37,327 bases of DNA from Promethearchaeota archaeon (GTDB lineage Archaea; Asgardarchaeota; Thorarchaeia; Thorarchaeales; Thorarchaeaceae): positions 1 to 37,327 of the forward strand of contig WJMJ01000151.1 of NCBI GenBank assembly GCA_014728035.1, in the 5' to 3' direction. The notes under the pieces are model-generated. The model did no database searches and was not told the DNA's origin. It was given only the letters and a program-made list of their open reading frames with translations. The translations under genes and the position numbers were made by a program. Of this stretch, positions 1 through 8,437 are shown one piece after another. Position 1 is the first letter of the stretch, and the number at the start of each line of letters is the position of its first letter.

Positions 1-932
1 AGGCTCATGCTATACTTAGCTTTCTTATACCGTTTGTCTTTGTTCTTCTTACGATACTTCCTGTCAATCAGATCCATGTATGTATGAGCAGTATCAGCAT
101 TTGATATCACAATATCAGCATCATAAACAGAGCCATCAACGGTTTCGACACTCTTGACTCGTTTATTATCAGTGACATGAATTTGTCGAACCTCGGAATT
201 CAAGTGGTATTGTCCACCTAGGTCTTGAATCAGTCGTCCCATCCCTTCAACAAGTTTGTGTGTACCTCCTTTGACCCACCACACACCATGTTTCTCCTCG
301 ATGTATGTGATTAGTGTGTATATTGCTGTTGTCGAAAATGGGTTGCCTCCGATAAAGAGTGGGTTAAATGACATCGCTATTCGGAGCCTTGGGTCTTTGA
401 CATAACTTGAAACAAAACCATAGACACTCTTGTATGCCTTGTGTTTTAATCCTGCAGGACCCATTCTAGCCATTTGAAAAATACTCTCAAAGGGCATAGA
501 ACCAAATTTTTCAAACCCTAATTCGTATATTGGTTTAACTCGTTTCAGAAATTTCCTATATCCTTCAACATCTCGAGGACTCATCTCTTCAATTTGAGAC
601 AAGTTTTCCTCTTCACTGGAGTAATCCATCGTAGTTCCGTCGGAAAAATATAGACGGTACTTTGGTGATACTTTTTCAAGTTGTACGTAATCTGAAGTTT
701 CCTTGCCTGCAGCTCGGAACAAATCATCTACAACCATTGGTGGTGTTAGGATTGTAGGTCCTGTGTCAAACACATACCCATCTTTCTCAAATACACCAGC
801 TCTACCACCTAATTGATGTCGTTTTTCTAGGAGTGTCACTGAATGACCAGCTGCTTGCATCCTGATTGCTGCAGCAAGACCACCAAGACCTCCGCCTATT
901 ACTATTACTTCTTTGTTTTTTTCTGTATTCAC
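1..932 (-). CDS. crtI: Phytoene desaturase (CrtI family), truncated by the left window edge
   Basis: Not in the ORF track; translated by hand: (V)NTEKNKEVIVIGGGLGGLAAAIRMQAAGHSVTLLEKRHQLGGRAGVFEKDGYVFDTGPTILT...KYSMS. Shows the GxGxxG-type FAD motif and FDTGPT. GTG at 932 is preceded by AGGAGG; there is an alternative in-frame ATG at 965. Directly downstream of crtB. Confidence 0.9.
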   Translation of the reverse strand, partial: MNTEKNKEVIVIGGGLGGLAAAIRMQAAGHSVTLLEKRHQLGGRAGVFEKDGYVFDTGPTILTPPMVVDDLFRAAGKETSDYVQLEKVSPKYRLYFSDGTTMDYSSEEENLSQIEEMSPRDVEGYRKFLKRVKPIYELGFEKFGSMPFESIFQMARMGPAGLKHKAYKSVYGFVSSYVKDPRLRIAMSFNPLFIGGNPFSTTAIYTLITYIEEKHGVWWVKGGTHKLVEGMGRLIQDLGGQYHLNSEVRQIHVTDNKRVKSVETVDGSVYDADIVISNADTAHTYMDLIDRKYRKKNKDKRYKKAKYSMS

Positions 933-970
933 TTTGTTTCTCCCTCCTGAGAAATCAATGTTCATCTATG

Positions 971-1951
971 TCATTGTGAAGCTTCATCCTTCTTGAGTCG
1001 TTCATATGCTTTCTTTTCGCGTAGATATTCTGAACGAACTCGATATGCTATCCATATCTTCTTCCATTTGGGAACAACTGCTCGTTGCTTGAAGACTTGA
1101 TAGTCCATCTTTTCAATCTCGGACATAATGGATCCATATACTCTGGAAGCTACTTTTACTGTGAATTGTCCAGCAGGGGGTAGATCAAGGATTCCTATCT
1201 CCGCACGAGCATAGAGAGCTTTTGCTCTATGAATCTCATGCTCAATCAATCTCTGGAAATTTGGTCCAACTTCTCTAAGCTCAAAATCATTGGTTGTGAC
1301 TCGAAAATCTTGACGAGTATCTAACGGAAGATAGATTCTACCATTATCATAGTCCTCTGCAACATCTCGGAGAATATTCGTAAGTTGTAAAGCATGCCCC
1401 AAATCAGCTGCTCTTTCTAAAGTTTCTCTTTTTGTACTATCCCAAATATGACACATCATCAACCCGACAGTTGATGCAACATGGTAACAGTATTTTTCTA
1501 ACTCTTTTTCAGTTTTAATTTCAGTGAGTTTAACATCCATCCTTACTCCTTCTATGAGCTCGTGTAGATATCTAACTGGTATTTTGTATTGTACCATGGT
1601 ATCTCCGAATGCTTGAAATAATGGGTGATTGTATGTCTTTCCTCTCCCAAGACCGGATGATATGTCTTTGAGAATATCCAGCTCGCGTTCTATTTCCTCA
1701 ATTCCTATATCAACTTCATCAACAAAATCATCCGCCAGCCTGCAAAATCCATAGAGAGCTGCAAATGCCTTTCTTTCTTTTTCCTCCAAGTATCTAGAAG
1801 CAAAATAGAATGACTTTGCGTGAAGTTTGAATAAATTCAAAGCATAGTCATATGCTTTTTCTAAGCTTCTTGGGTCTTTTATTTCATCAATCTCTATCTG
1901 CGATGGAAGCAGAGTGAGATGAGCTTTGTAATCGCTAAACACTGCACACAC
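971..1951 (-). CDS. crtB: Phytoene synthase
   Basis: HAKSFYFAS, LYGFCRLADDFVD, YCYHVASTVGLM and QLTNILRDVAEDYDNGRIYLP are squalene/phytoene synthase motifs. Confidence 0.95.
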   Translation of the reverse strand: MCAVFSDYKAHLTLLPSQIEIDEIKDPRSLEKAYDYALNLFKLHAKSFYFASRYLEEKERKAFAALYGFCRLADDFVDEVDIGIEEIERELDILKDISSGLGRGKTYNHPLFQAFGDTMVQYKIPVRYLHELIEGVRMDVKLTEIKTEKELEKYCYHVASTVGLMMCHIWDSTKRETLERAADLGHALQLTNILRDVAEDYDNGRIYLPLDTRQDFRVTTNDFELREVGPNFQRLIEHEIHRAKALYARAEIGILDLPPAGQFTVKVASRVYGSIMSEIEKMDYQVFKQRAVVPKWKKIWIAYRVRSEYLREKKAYERLKKDEASQ

Positions 1952-2030
1952 CTATTGGGAAATCATTACGATAGGGTTTCCTCAAACCCTAATGTTTCCC
2001 ACATCCTTTTTTCCTGATAAGGTGTGTTGC
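1944..2030 (-). promoter_or_regulatory. Nested inverted repeats; predicted structured 5' leader of crtB-crtI covering the RBS and start codon
   Basis: Complementary pairs (+ strand coordinates): 1946-1953/2020-2027 (8 bp), 1956-1962/1995-2001 (7 bp), CATT/AATG (4 bp), 1972-1979/1984-1991 (8 bp, 4-nt loop). A TATA-like TTTAATAA lies on the - strand at 2053-2046. Confidence 0.6.
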
Positions 2031-2128
2031 TAATTGGTTTTGTAATTATTAAATAGTTGGATTTAGCTGTAAAATATCGACGAAAGAATAATAGATGTTT
2101 GTCGAAAATATTCATTTTTAGTTAATAA

Positions 2129-2158
2129 TTGCAACTTTTCCAACAAAGTGTTATTAGG
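2129..2158 (+). promoter_or_regulatory. Putative operator (TTGCAACTTTTCCAA) followed by BRE/TATA promoter of crtD-lyeJ-cruF
   Basis: Semi-palindrome at 2129-2143, then AAGTGTTATTAGG at 2146-2158, SD-like GAGGAG at 2185-2190 and ATG at 2202. Confidence 0.5.
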
Positions 2159-2201
2159 CAGAATGTCTTTTATTGAAGATTGAAGAGGAGTGTGCCTTAA
2201 A

Positions 2202-3671
2202 ATGGATGTGAAAGTAATTGGTGCAGGAGTTGGAGGTCTTGCGACTGCTGCATTATTAGCAAAACAAGGACATAACGTCACTGTGCTTGAAAAGAATAAG
2301 GAACCAGGTGGAAGAGCTAGAATATGGAACACGGATGGTTTTACTTTTGATATGGGTCCATCTTGGTATCTTATGCCTGATGTTTTCGAACATTATTTTG
2401 ATTTGTTCGGCCGTACGGTAAAAGATTTCTATGAGTTAGTGCGTTTAGATCCATCATATCGCTTTTTCTTTCCAAATGACGAGATAATTGACATATCTGC
2501 GGATTTGAAAGAAAATATGGAGCTTTTTGACCAACTTGAAGAAGATGGTGCAAAGAAGTTTCAAAGATATTTGAAGCAGTCTCAAGATAAGTATGAGTAT
2601 CTATTGGATGGTCTGATGTATGAAGACCTCTCTGGATTGCGCTCAATGCTAAGTCCAAAGCTTATGGCTGCAGGATGGAAGTTATCAATTCTCTCTAATA
2701 TGGATAAACTCATTCGCAAGTATTTTGATGATGAGCGAGTTCAGAAAATCCTTCAGTATACAATCGTCTTTCTTGGCGGAAATCCAAAGAATACCCCAGC
2801 TCTGTATTCAATGATTTCTCATATTGACTACAATCTGGGTGTTTGGTATCCTTTGGGTGGGATGGGTAAAATAGTTGATGGCTTGGTCAGCTTAACAGAA
2901 GAATTTAATGGGACAATAAAATACAACACTGAAGTTGCAAATCTAGAAATTCTTGATAATAAGGTGAGACAGATTTTCACCAACAATGGTACTATTGAAG
3001 CTGACCTTGTTGTGGTAAATGCAGACTATCCCCATGTCGAGATTAACTATCTTCCTGACGATTTCCAAACTTACGATAAAGGTTACTGGGAGAAAAAGAC
3101 GATTGCCCCATCTGCGTATGTTATGTATGTAGGATTGGATAAGACCATTGATACACTAACTCATCATAATGTAATTTTGGATCACGATTGGGTAGAACAT
3201 TTTGAACAAATCTTTGAAGATCCCCAGTGGCCAGAAAAACCAGCTTACTATCTATGTTGCACTTCAAAATCAGATGATAGTGTAGCTCCACCAGGTCATG
3301 AGAACATTTTTGTAACAGTTCCAATATCTCCTGGAATTGAAGATACTCCTGAAATTCGTGAATCATATTTCGATAAGATGATAGAACACATGGAGAAAGT
3401 ACTCAAAACTGATATCCGAGATGCAATTAAAGTCAAGAGAATCTTCACCCTAGATGATTTCTCTCAGGACTATAATGCATATCGCGGAACTGCAGTAGGT
3501 TTAACTCATTCATTCTGGCAATCTGCTTTCTTCCGGCCGAGTCACAAGAGCAAAAAGGTTGACAATTTGTATTATGTTGGTCAGTATACCCATCCTGGCA
3601 TTGGAGTACCTATGGCTCTGATTTCTGCAGAGATTGTAGCTGACCTGATTAAGGAGGAGATGAAAGAATAA
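2202..3671 (+). CDS. crtD: Carotenoid desaturase, CrtI superfamily; probably carotenoid 3,4-desaturase
   Basis: VIGAGVGGL FAD motif, FDMGPSWYLMPDVF and YYVGQYTHPGIGVPMALISA. Sits directly upstream of lyeJ-cruF, as haloarchaeal crtD does. Start moved to ATG 2202 because of the SD at 2185-2190. Confidence 0.8.
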   Translation: MDVKVIGAGVGGLATAALLAKQGHNVTVLEKNKEPGGRARIWNTDGFTFDMGPSWYLMPDVFEHYFDLFGRTVKDFYELVRLDPSYRFFFPNDEIIDISADLKENMELFDQLEEDGAKKFQRYLKQSQDKYEYLLDGLMYEDLSGLRSMLSPKLMAAGWKLSILSNMDKLIRKYFDDERVQKILQYTIVFLGGNPKNTPALYSMISHIDYNLGVWYPLGGMGKIVDGLVSLTEEFNGTIKYNTEVANLEILDNKVRQIFTNNGTIEADLVVVNADYPHVEINYLPDDFQTYDKGYWEKKTIAPSAYVMYVGLDKTIDTLTHHNVILDHDWVEHFEQIFEDPQWPEKPAYYLCCTSKSDDSVAPPGHENIFVTVPISPGIEDTPEIRESYFDKMIEHMEKVLKTDIRDAIKVKRIFTLDDFSQDYNAYRGTAVGLTHSFWQSAFFRPSHKSKKVDNLYYVGQYTHPGIGVPMALISAEIVADLIKEEMKE

Positions 3672-3700
3672 ATAGTCGTTCTTGGTAGGGAAATAATAAC

Positions 3701-4570
3701 ATGAACATCTTTCGATTAGCATTTAAAGTATCCAGAGTCAGGTTCTGGTTGTATCTAGGGGGTACCTACTTGATTGGATTAATCATTGGTATCAGTGATG
3801 TTTCTCAGTTATTAGATCCCTATTTTATTGCTCATCTCTTCTATTTCATGATACCCGCAAATATTCTGCTCTATGGAGTTAATGATATCTCTGACAAAGA
3901 TACCGACATGTTCAATCCGAAAAAAGATGAGAAGGAGTATCGAGCAGCAGAGAAAGATAGACTCAAGCTATATTTGTTAGTTGGTCTTTCATTTGTCTAT
4001 GGATTCATATTGATGATTTTTCAACCTGATATAATCGCCATTCTACTATTCCTAAGTTGGATGCTTCTATCAGTCATGTATAGTGTCAAACCTTTCAGAT
4101 TCAAAGCTGTTCCAATTGCAGATTTTGCATCTAACTTTCTGTATGTGATTCCCGCTATACTAGCATATTATCAAGTCACAACAATAATCCCCCCCATCCT
4201 TCCATTGTTTGCTGCGTTCATGTGGACATCAGCAATGCAACTATTCTCTGCAATTCCTGATATTGAAGCGGATACCAAAGCTGGAATCAGGACTACTGCT
4301 GTTGTTGTGGGCGAAAAAATCTCTCTTGTCTTGTGTTTGGTTTTTTGGTTGCTATTTGCAAGTGTTTTGGTGTTTATTGCTCCATGGTACCCACCTTGGT
4401 ATGCACCATGGAATCTCATGATGTTCGTATACCCCTTGATACCTCTCTATCTTTTGATCAGGCCTTCAGTGAGTGTTGAGAAATCATATTGGTACTTTCC
4501 AATCTACACAGGTGTCTTCGGGATGGTTCTATTCTTTGCTGTAGGTCTGCCTTTGTTGGGGGTAATCTGA
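3701..4570 (+). CDS. lyeJ: Lycopene elongase/hydratase (UbiA prenyltransferase family, LyeJ/CrtEb)
   Basis: SRVRFWLYLGG, ANILLYGVNDISD..D..NPKK, YSVKPFRFK and FSAIPDIEAD..AG.RTTA; multiple TM helices; carotenoid context. Confidence 0.88.
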   Translation: MNIFRLAFKVSRVRFWLYLGGTYLIGLIIGISDVSQLLDPYFIAHLFYFMIPANILLYGVNDISDKDTDMFNPKKDEKEYRAAEKDRLKLYLLVGLSFVYGFILMIFQPDIIAILLFLSWMLLSVMYSVKPFRFKAVPIADFASNFLYVIPAILAYYQVTTIIPPILPLFAAFMWTSAMQLFSAIPDIEADTKAGIRTTAVVVGEKISLVLCLVFWLLFASVLVFIAPWYPPWYAPWNLMMFVYPLIPLYLLIRPSVSVEKSYWYFPIYTGVFGMVLFFAVGLPLLGVI

Positions 4571-5343
4571 TGGAGCGTTTACTGTCAGCTTACAAAAATC
4601 CTGAAGAAAGGATGAAAAATCTCATCTTAACAATTTTCTCTATCGTGTTCTTTTTTGTTAGTTGGTTGGTTGCAAATGTTCCAATTGGTGAGCAATCTAC
4701 TTGGGTTTCAGCGCTATTTATTGTAGCGATAGCTCTTCCATCTTATTACTTCCTGTATCGTTGGACAACACCTGTTCGAGCTGTTGTTATTATTCTTTTA
4801 TTCAGCATTTTTCCTATAATTATCGAATCAATAGGAATTAGTACGGGATTTCCTTACGGTCCTTTTGAGTATACAGAACAAATGGGATACAAAATACTAG
4901 GCCTTGTTCCTTGGAGTGTAGCTTTTGCTTTTGCACCCCTTGTTCTAGGTTCCATTACTATTGCGAACAAAATAACAAATAGAGCCATTCTTGCTATACC
5001 GCTGAGTGCTTTGCTACTTGTGATTGTGGATTTGATATTAGACCCAGCTGCAGTTGTATTGAACATCTGGGTTTGGGGGATTCCAGGACCTTATTATGGC
5101 ATCCCACTCACAAATTATTCTGGTTGGTTTTTTACTGCTCTAATAGCTTCAGTAATGATGCACATATTAATTGCTGACGATATTTTCAAAACACAAGATA
5201 TCGATGCAGATGTTGCAAGTAGCCTACTAGTCAGTATGGCTTTTTGGACCGGTTTTTCATTTTGGACTGGACTGTGGATTCCTGTTATAATTGGAATTTC
5301 TATGTTTTTGCTAGTAGGATATTTTGTAATTCTTGAAGAATGA
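4570..5343 (+). CDS. cruF: Carotenoid hydratase (CruF/DUF422; bisanhydrobacterioruberin hydratase-like)
   Basis: E.IG..TGFPYG.F.Y...G.K..G.VPW, DL.LDP.AV...W.W and YYGIPLTNY.GW. The ATG at 4570 overlaps the lyeJ stop (TGATG). Confidence 0.85.
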   Translation: MERLLSAYKNPEERMKNLILTIFSIVFFFVSWLVANVPIGEQSTWVSALFIVAIALPSYYFLYRWTTPVRAVVIILLFSIFPIIIESIGISTGFPYGPFEYTEQMGYKILGLVPWSVAFAFAPLVLGSITIANKITNRAILAIPLSALLLVIVDLILDPAAVVLNIWVWGIPGPYYGIPLTNYSGWFFTALIASVMMHILIADDIFKTQDIDADVASSLLVSMAFWTGFSFWTGLWIPVIIGISMFLLVGYFVILEE

Positions 5344-5407
5344 GATTGCGGTTAATTCAAAGATTTACTAAATCTTTATTTCAAATCTTGTGATTATTTT
5401 CATGATG

Positions 5408-5692
5408 ATGCAAATAGAAACTGCTGGTTTGTTCCTTATTGCTATGGCTTTGCTAGTGCTATTGCTATTCATTTGGTTATCCCGACAGAATCCAAAAAGG
5501 CCAAGTGAAAGATTCAGCAAGTCACATCCAGGAAGACCTGATCCCAAAGGAAGTGGTGTCTTATCTAGTTCCTATGTTTCAGATGACTCATATCATCCTG
5601 GAGAACGAGCTTCTGATAAAGGTCCTTTGCCGCTTGGGAAAAAGAGAGAGCGTAGGAAGACTAAAACATTTAGAAACCACAGCTCAGAATAA
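5408..5692 (+). CDS. Small single-pass membrane protein, paralog of 5770..6036
   Basis: N-terminal TM helix followed by basic residues; shares PDPxGxG..SxSYxSDDSYHPGERxSDKGPLPLGKK with the next ORF. Start could be ATG 5402, 5405 or 5408. Confidence 0.75.
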   Translation: MQIETAGLFLIAMALLVLLLFIWLSRQNPKRPSERFSKSHPGRPDPKGSGVLSSSYVSDDSYHPGERASDKGPLPLGKKRERRKTKTFRNHSSE

Positions 5693-5769
5693 GTCATTAC
5701 TGGGTCCTTTCCTCTTATTGACTTCAACAATTGTTAATCTTTAATAGTAGTGCTGAGAGCTAGTATGAT

Positions 5770-6036
5770 ATGCAAGTATTTGATATGATTTCATTGGTTA
5801 TAGTAGTCACTGTTATTGCAGCAATCTTCATAGCTGGTTTTATGATTCGGAGATCTATGCATTCTAAGCATCTCCACTCTGAAACAATAGCAAGAAGTGA
5901 TGATAGAGTAAGTCCTGATCCAACAGGTGGAGGTACCACTTCTGGATCTTATGCTTCAGATGATTCTTATCATCCTGGAGAACGTGGTTCAGATAAGGGA
6001 CCACTACCACTAGGAAAGAAAAAGACAACTGACTAG
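5770..6036 (+). CDS. Small single-pass membrane protein, paralog of 5408..5692
   Basis: N-terminal TM, MHSKHLH segment and the same conserved C-terminal motif. TTTAATAG at 5740-5747 suggests a leaderless transcript. Confidence 0.78.
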   Translation: MQVFDMISLVIVVTVIAAIFIAGFMIRRSMHSKHLHSETIARSDDRVSPDPTGGGTTSGSYASDDSYHPGERGSDKGPLPLGKKKTTD

Positions 6037-6128
6037 CTGACATTGCTGTTTAGCATTGAAATTATAGAGAAGGAAGATGTCGAAAAAATTTTTATCCTTT
6101 TCTTCCTTTTCTTAAGTGCTGGGTTTAG

Positions 6129-7889
6129 ATGAAACAAGAACAATTAGTATCTATCTCCATATTAGTCATTCTTTGCTTTTCAGTCCTTTCCATACCTCAG
6201 ATGATAGTCAGTTCTATCGAGAATAATCAGCATCCAGATATTGATAGTAGATTGAAACTGAAGTCGAGCTCTCATTTTCAATTAAGTGAACATGAAATTG
6301 TAGAAATTCCTTTTGTTGATACTCATTTTGGCATTCCAGATGGAATTATTGACCCTTATGAATACTCAATAAATATTACAGATGCTGATACAGGATATGA
6401 TGCTTATTTCGACCATAATGGAACACATGCTTTCATAGGTGTTTCCGGAGATACAAACGGATGGATTGGGTTAGCATGGCATAATTCAACAAGTGATTTT
6501 CAGACTCTTGGATTAGAAGGTGCGGATATAATCCGTGCGGATGCTGTGGGAACTACTCATAGCTCTTTTGATCGAGTAATTCCAGAGGATGTCGTTGCTG
6601 TTGATTATGAAGTCTATTTTCGAAATGGTACATTCATTGCCTCTGGAACTGTTCCATCTGAAGACTCCTCAACACCATTAAAAGATGAATCTCTATTACA
6701 AGGATACAAAGACATGATAATTGGAATGAGAGTAGGTGAAATCCGTCATTTTATCATTCCAGCCGAAGATGCATATACTCATTCTGGACATCCTTTGTAT
6801 GGTGAAGATCTCGAATACATAATTGAGTTGAAATCAATAAACGGTGTGAGTGAAAACCCAGCTGATTTGAGTAAAGCACAATACTCCGACGATCATGGGA
6901 ACGGTACAACTACTTATGACCAAGACATTGATCAAGGTCGAATTGAATTATGTAATGCTAGCTATGATGGAACCTTCACACAAGTTGAATTTCAGATTCC
7001 TTTTTCAAGCAATGATATTGAAGATGTTCCCTTAGAGAATAGTACGGATATCCAATTTCCTTTTGTACTACTCGCTTCAAATTCGGAAGGATTGGGTTCG
7101 CCTATTGCTTTTAACACATCTTGGATAAATTATTTCCCAATAAAATTTCATCCAAATACTAAACCTAACATATTGATAGTGGAACCAAATATTTCTCAGA
7201 TACAGGGACTAATCTACCTTCAGGTAAACTGTAGTGATAATACAATCGTTCGTGAAGTACAATACCAGATTGATAGTTTTGGATGGAACACTATGTACCA
7301 TAATTTTACACTTGATATGTGGTGTGGAGCTCTTCCAACTTTTAACTACAATTTGGGTTTACATGATATCTCTTTCAAAGCTCGAGATGCATCTGATTTA
7401 GTAAATACAACCAACATTACAGTCGAATTTATTGATAGTGAGAAACCGATAGTTGAGCCATTAGATGATGTTGTTATTCCAATTTCAATGGGAACTTATA
7501 CCTTCAAATGGTCAGTATTTGACTTTCGTCCACACTCTTATATAATTTTCAAAAACTCAACTACGCTCCGCTCAACCTCTTGGTCGGAATATGAGATTTC
7601 AGTTGAATTCGATTTATTGATTCTAGGTGTAGTAAATTTCACTCTGATATTGGTTGATGAGGCTGGAAATACTAATAGTGACACCGTTCTTATTGAAGTA
7701 ATAGAAGAAATTGAACAAACTGATTCAACTTCAACTACCACCACTTCTTCAACTAATGGTATCAACGAATTTGATTCTATCATTGAGGCACTAATTGAAA
7801 ACATAGGGATAATGATTTCAATATCGAGTATTCTCATTATTTTAGTGGTTTCTGTAAAAGTCATCCAGCACAAACAGAAATCAGGATAA
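6129..7889 (+). CDS. Membrane-anchored surface protein with DOMON-like, FKBP-type PPIase and Ig-like domains
   Basis: Signal/TM at the N-terminus; DOMON-like FIGVSGDTNGWIGLAW...GADII; FKBP-like DVVAVDYEV...LLQGYKDMIIGMRVGEIRHFIIPAEDAY; Ser/Thr linker, C-terminal TM and many NxS/T sequons. Confidence 0.75.
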   Translation: MKQEQLVSISILVILCFSVLSIPQMIVSSIENNQHPDIDSRLKLKSSSHFQLSEHEIVEIPFVDTHFGIPDGIIDPYEYSINITDADTGYDAYFDHNGTHAFIGVSGDTNGWIGLAWHNSTSDFQTLGLEGADIIRADAVGTTHSSFDRVIPEDVVAVDYEVYFRNGTFIASGTVPSEDSSTPLKDESLLQGYKDMIIGMRVGEIRHFIIPAEDAYTHSGHPLYGEDLEYIIELKSINGVSENPADLSKAQYSDDHGNGTTTYDQDIDQGRIELCNASYDGTFTQVEFQIPFSSNDIEDVPLENSTDIQFPFVLLASNSEGLGSPIAFNTSWINYFPIKFHPNTKPNILIVEPNISQIQGLIYLQVNCSDNTIVREVQYQIDSFGWNTMYHNFTLDMWCGALPTFNYNLGLHDISFKARDASDLVNTTNITVEFIDSEKPIVEPLDDVVIPISMGTYTFKWSVFDFRPHSYIIFKNSTTLRSTSWSEYEISVEFDLLILGVVNFTLILVDEAGNTNSDTVLIEVIEEIEQTDSTSTTTTSSTNGINEFDSIIEALIENIGIMISISSILIILVVSVKVIQHKQKSG

Positions 7890-8048
7890 TGGATTACTAG
7901 CTAAAGAAGCTATCATAATCTGTACCATATATGCACAGATTCTATACCATATCAGTATTAATGCTTGAATCTAATAATCTATCCAATAAATCCTTATTTT
8001 ACTCGGTTGGAGGTATTCTAATCCCGAAAGAGATATGGAGTTATACTT

Positions 8049-8429
8049 ATGACTAACTATCCTAAAGAATCCTTGAGACCAACAAATGTTAGAATTCGCA
8101 ATGACGGTGCTTATGTTTCTTTTCGACCCCCAAAAGGCGTTAATTCGATTGAGGAGTGGAAGATTTACCGTTCCCAAACCTATGATTACGAAGCACCTTG
8201 TGCTAAGTTGATTGATGATGGCAGTGATTTTGAAGATTTACAGATCTTTACTGTCGATGCATCAGAAACCATGTATGTTGACAAAGACGTTGAAGCAGGT
8301 AAACGATATTCTTACTATGTCTTCGCAGTTGATGAGAATGGAGATCTTCACTTTCCAAGCTATTGTGTAGGAAAGATTTTGGAAGACGGTCTTCCGATGG
8401 CTGATGGAGGCGAACCAACCTTCAAGTAG
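8049..8429 (+). CDS. Stand-alone FN3-like beta-sandwich domain protein
   Basis: WKIYRS...YVDKDV..GKRYSYYVFAVDENG is an FN3-type pattern. About 63% identical (hand count, 78/123) to the N-terminus of the next ORF. GGAG SD at 8037-8040. Confidence 0.8.
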   Translation: MTNYPKESLRPTNVRIRNDGAYVSFRPPKGVNSIEEWKIYRSQTYDYEAPCAKLIDDGSDFEDLQIFTVDASETMYVDKDVEAGKRYSYYVFAVDENGDLHFPSYCVGKILEDGLPMADGGEPTFK

Positions 8430-8437
8430 TGATAGCT

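Noticed and set aside
1944-2030. Cobalamin riboswitch assignment for the crtB leader (contains GGGAA)
   Set aside because: No B12-box or GCCACUG-type elements are visible; kept as an unclassified structure.
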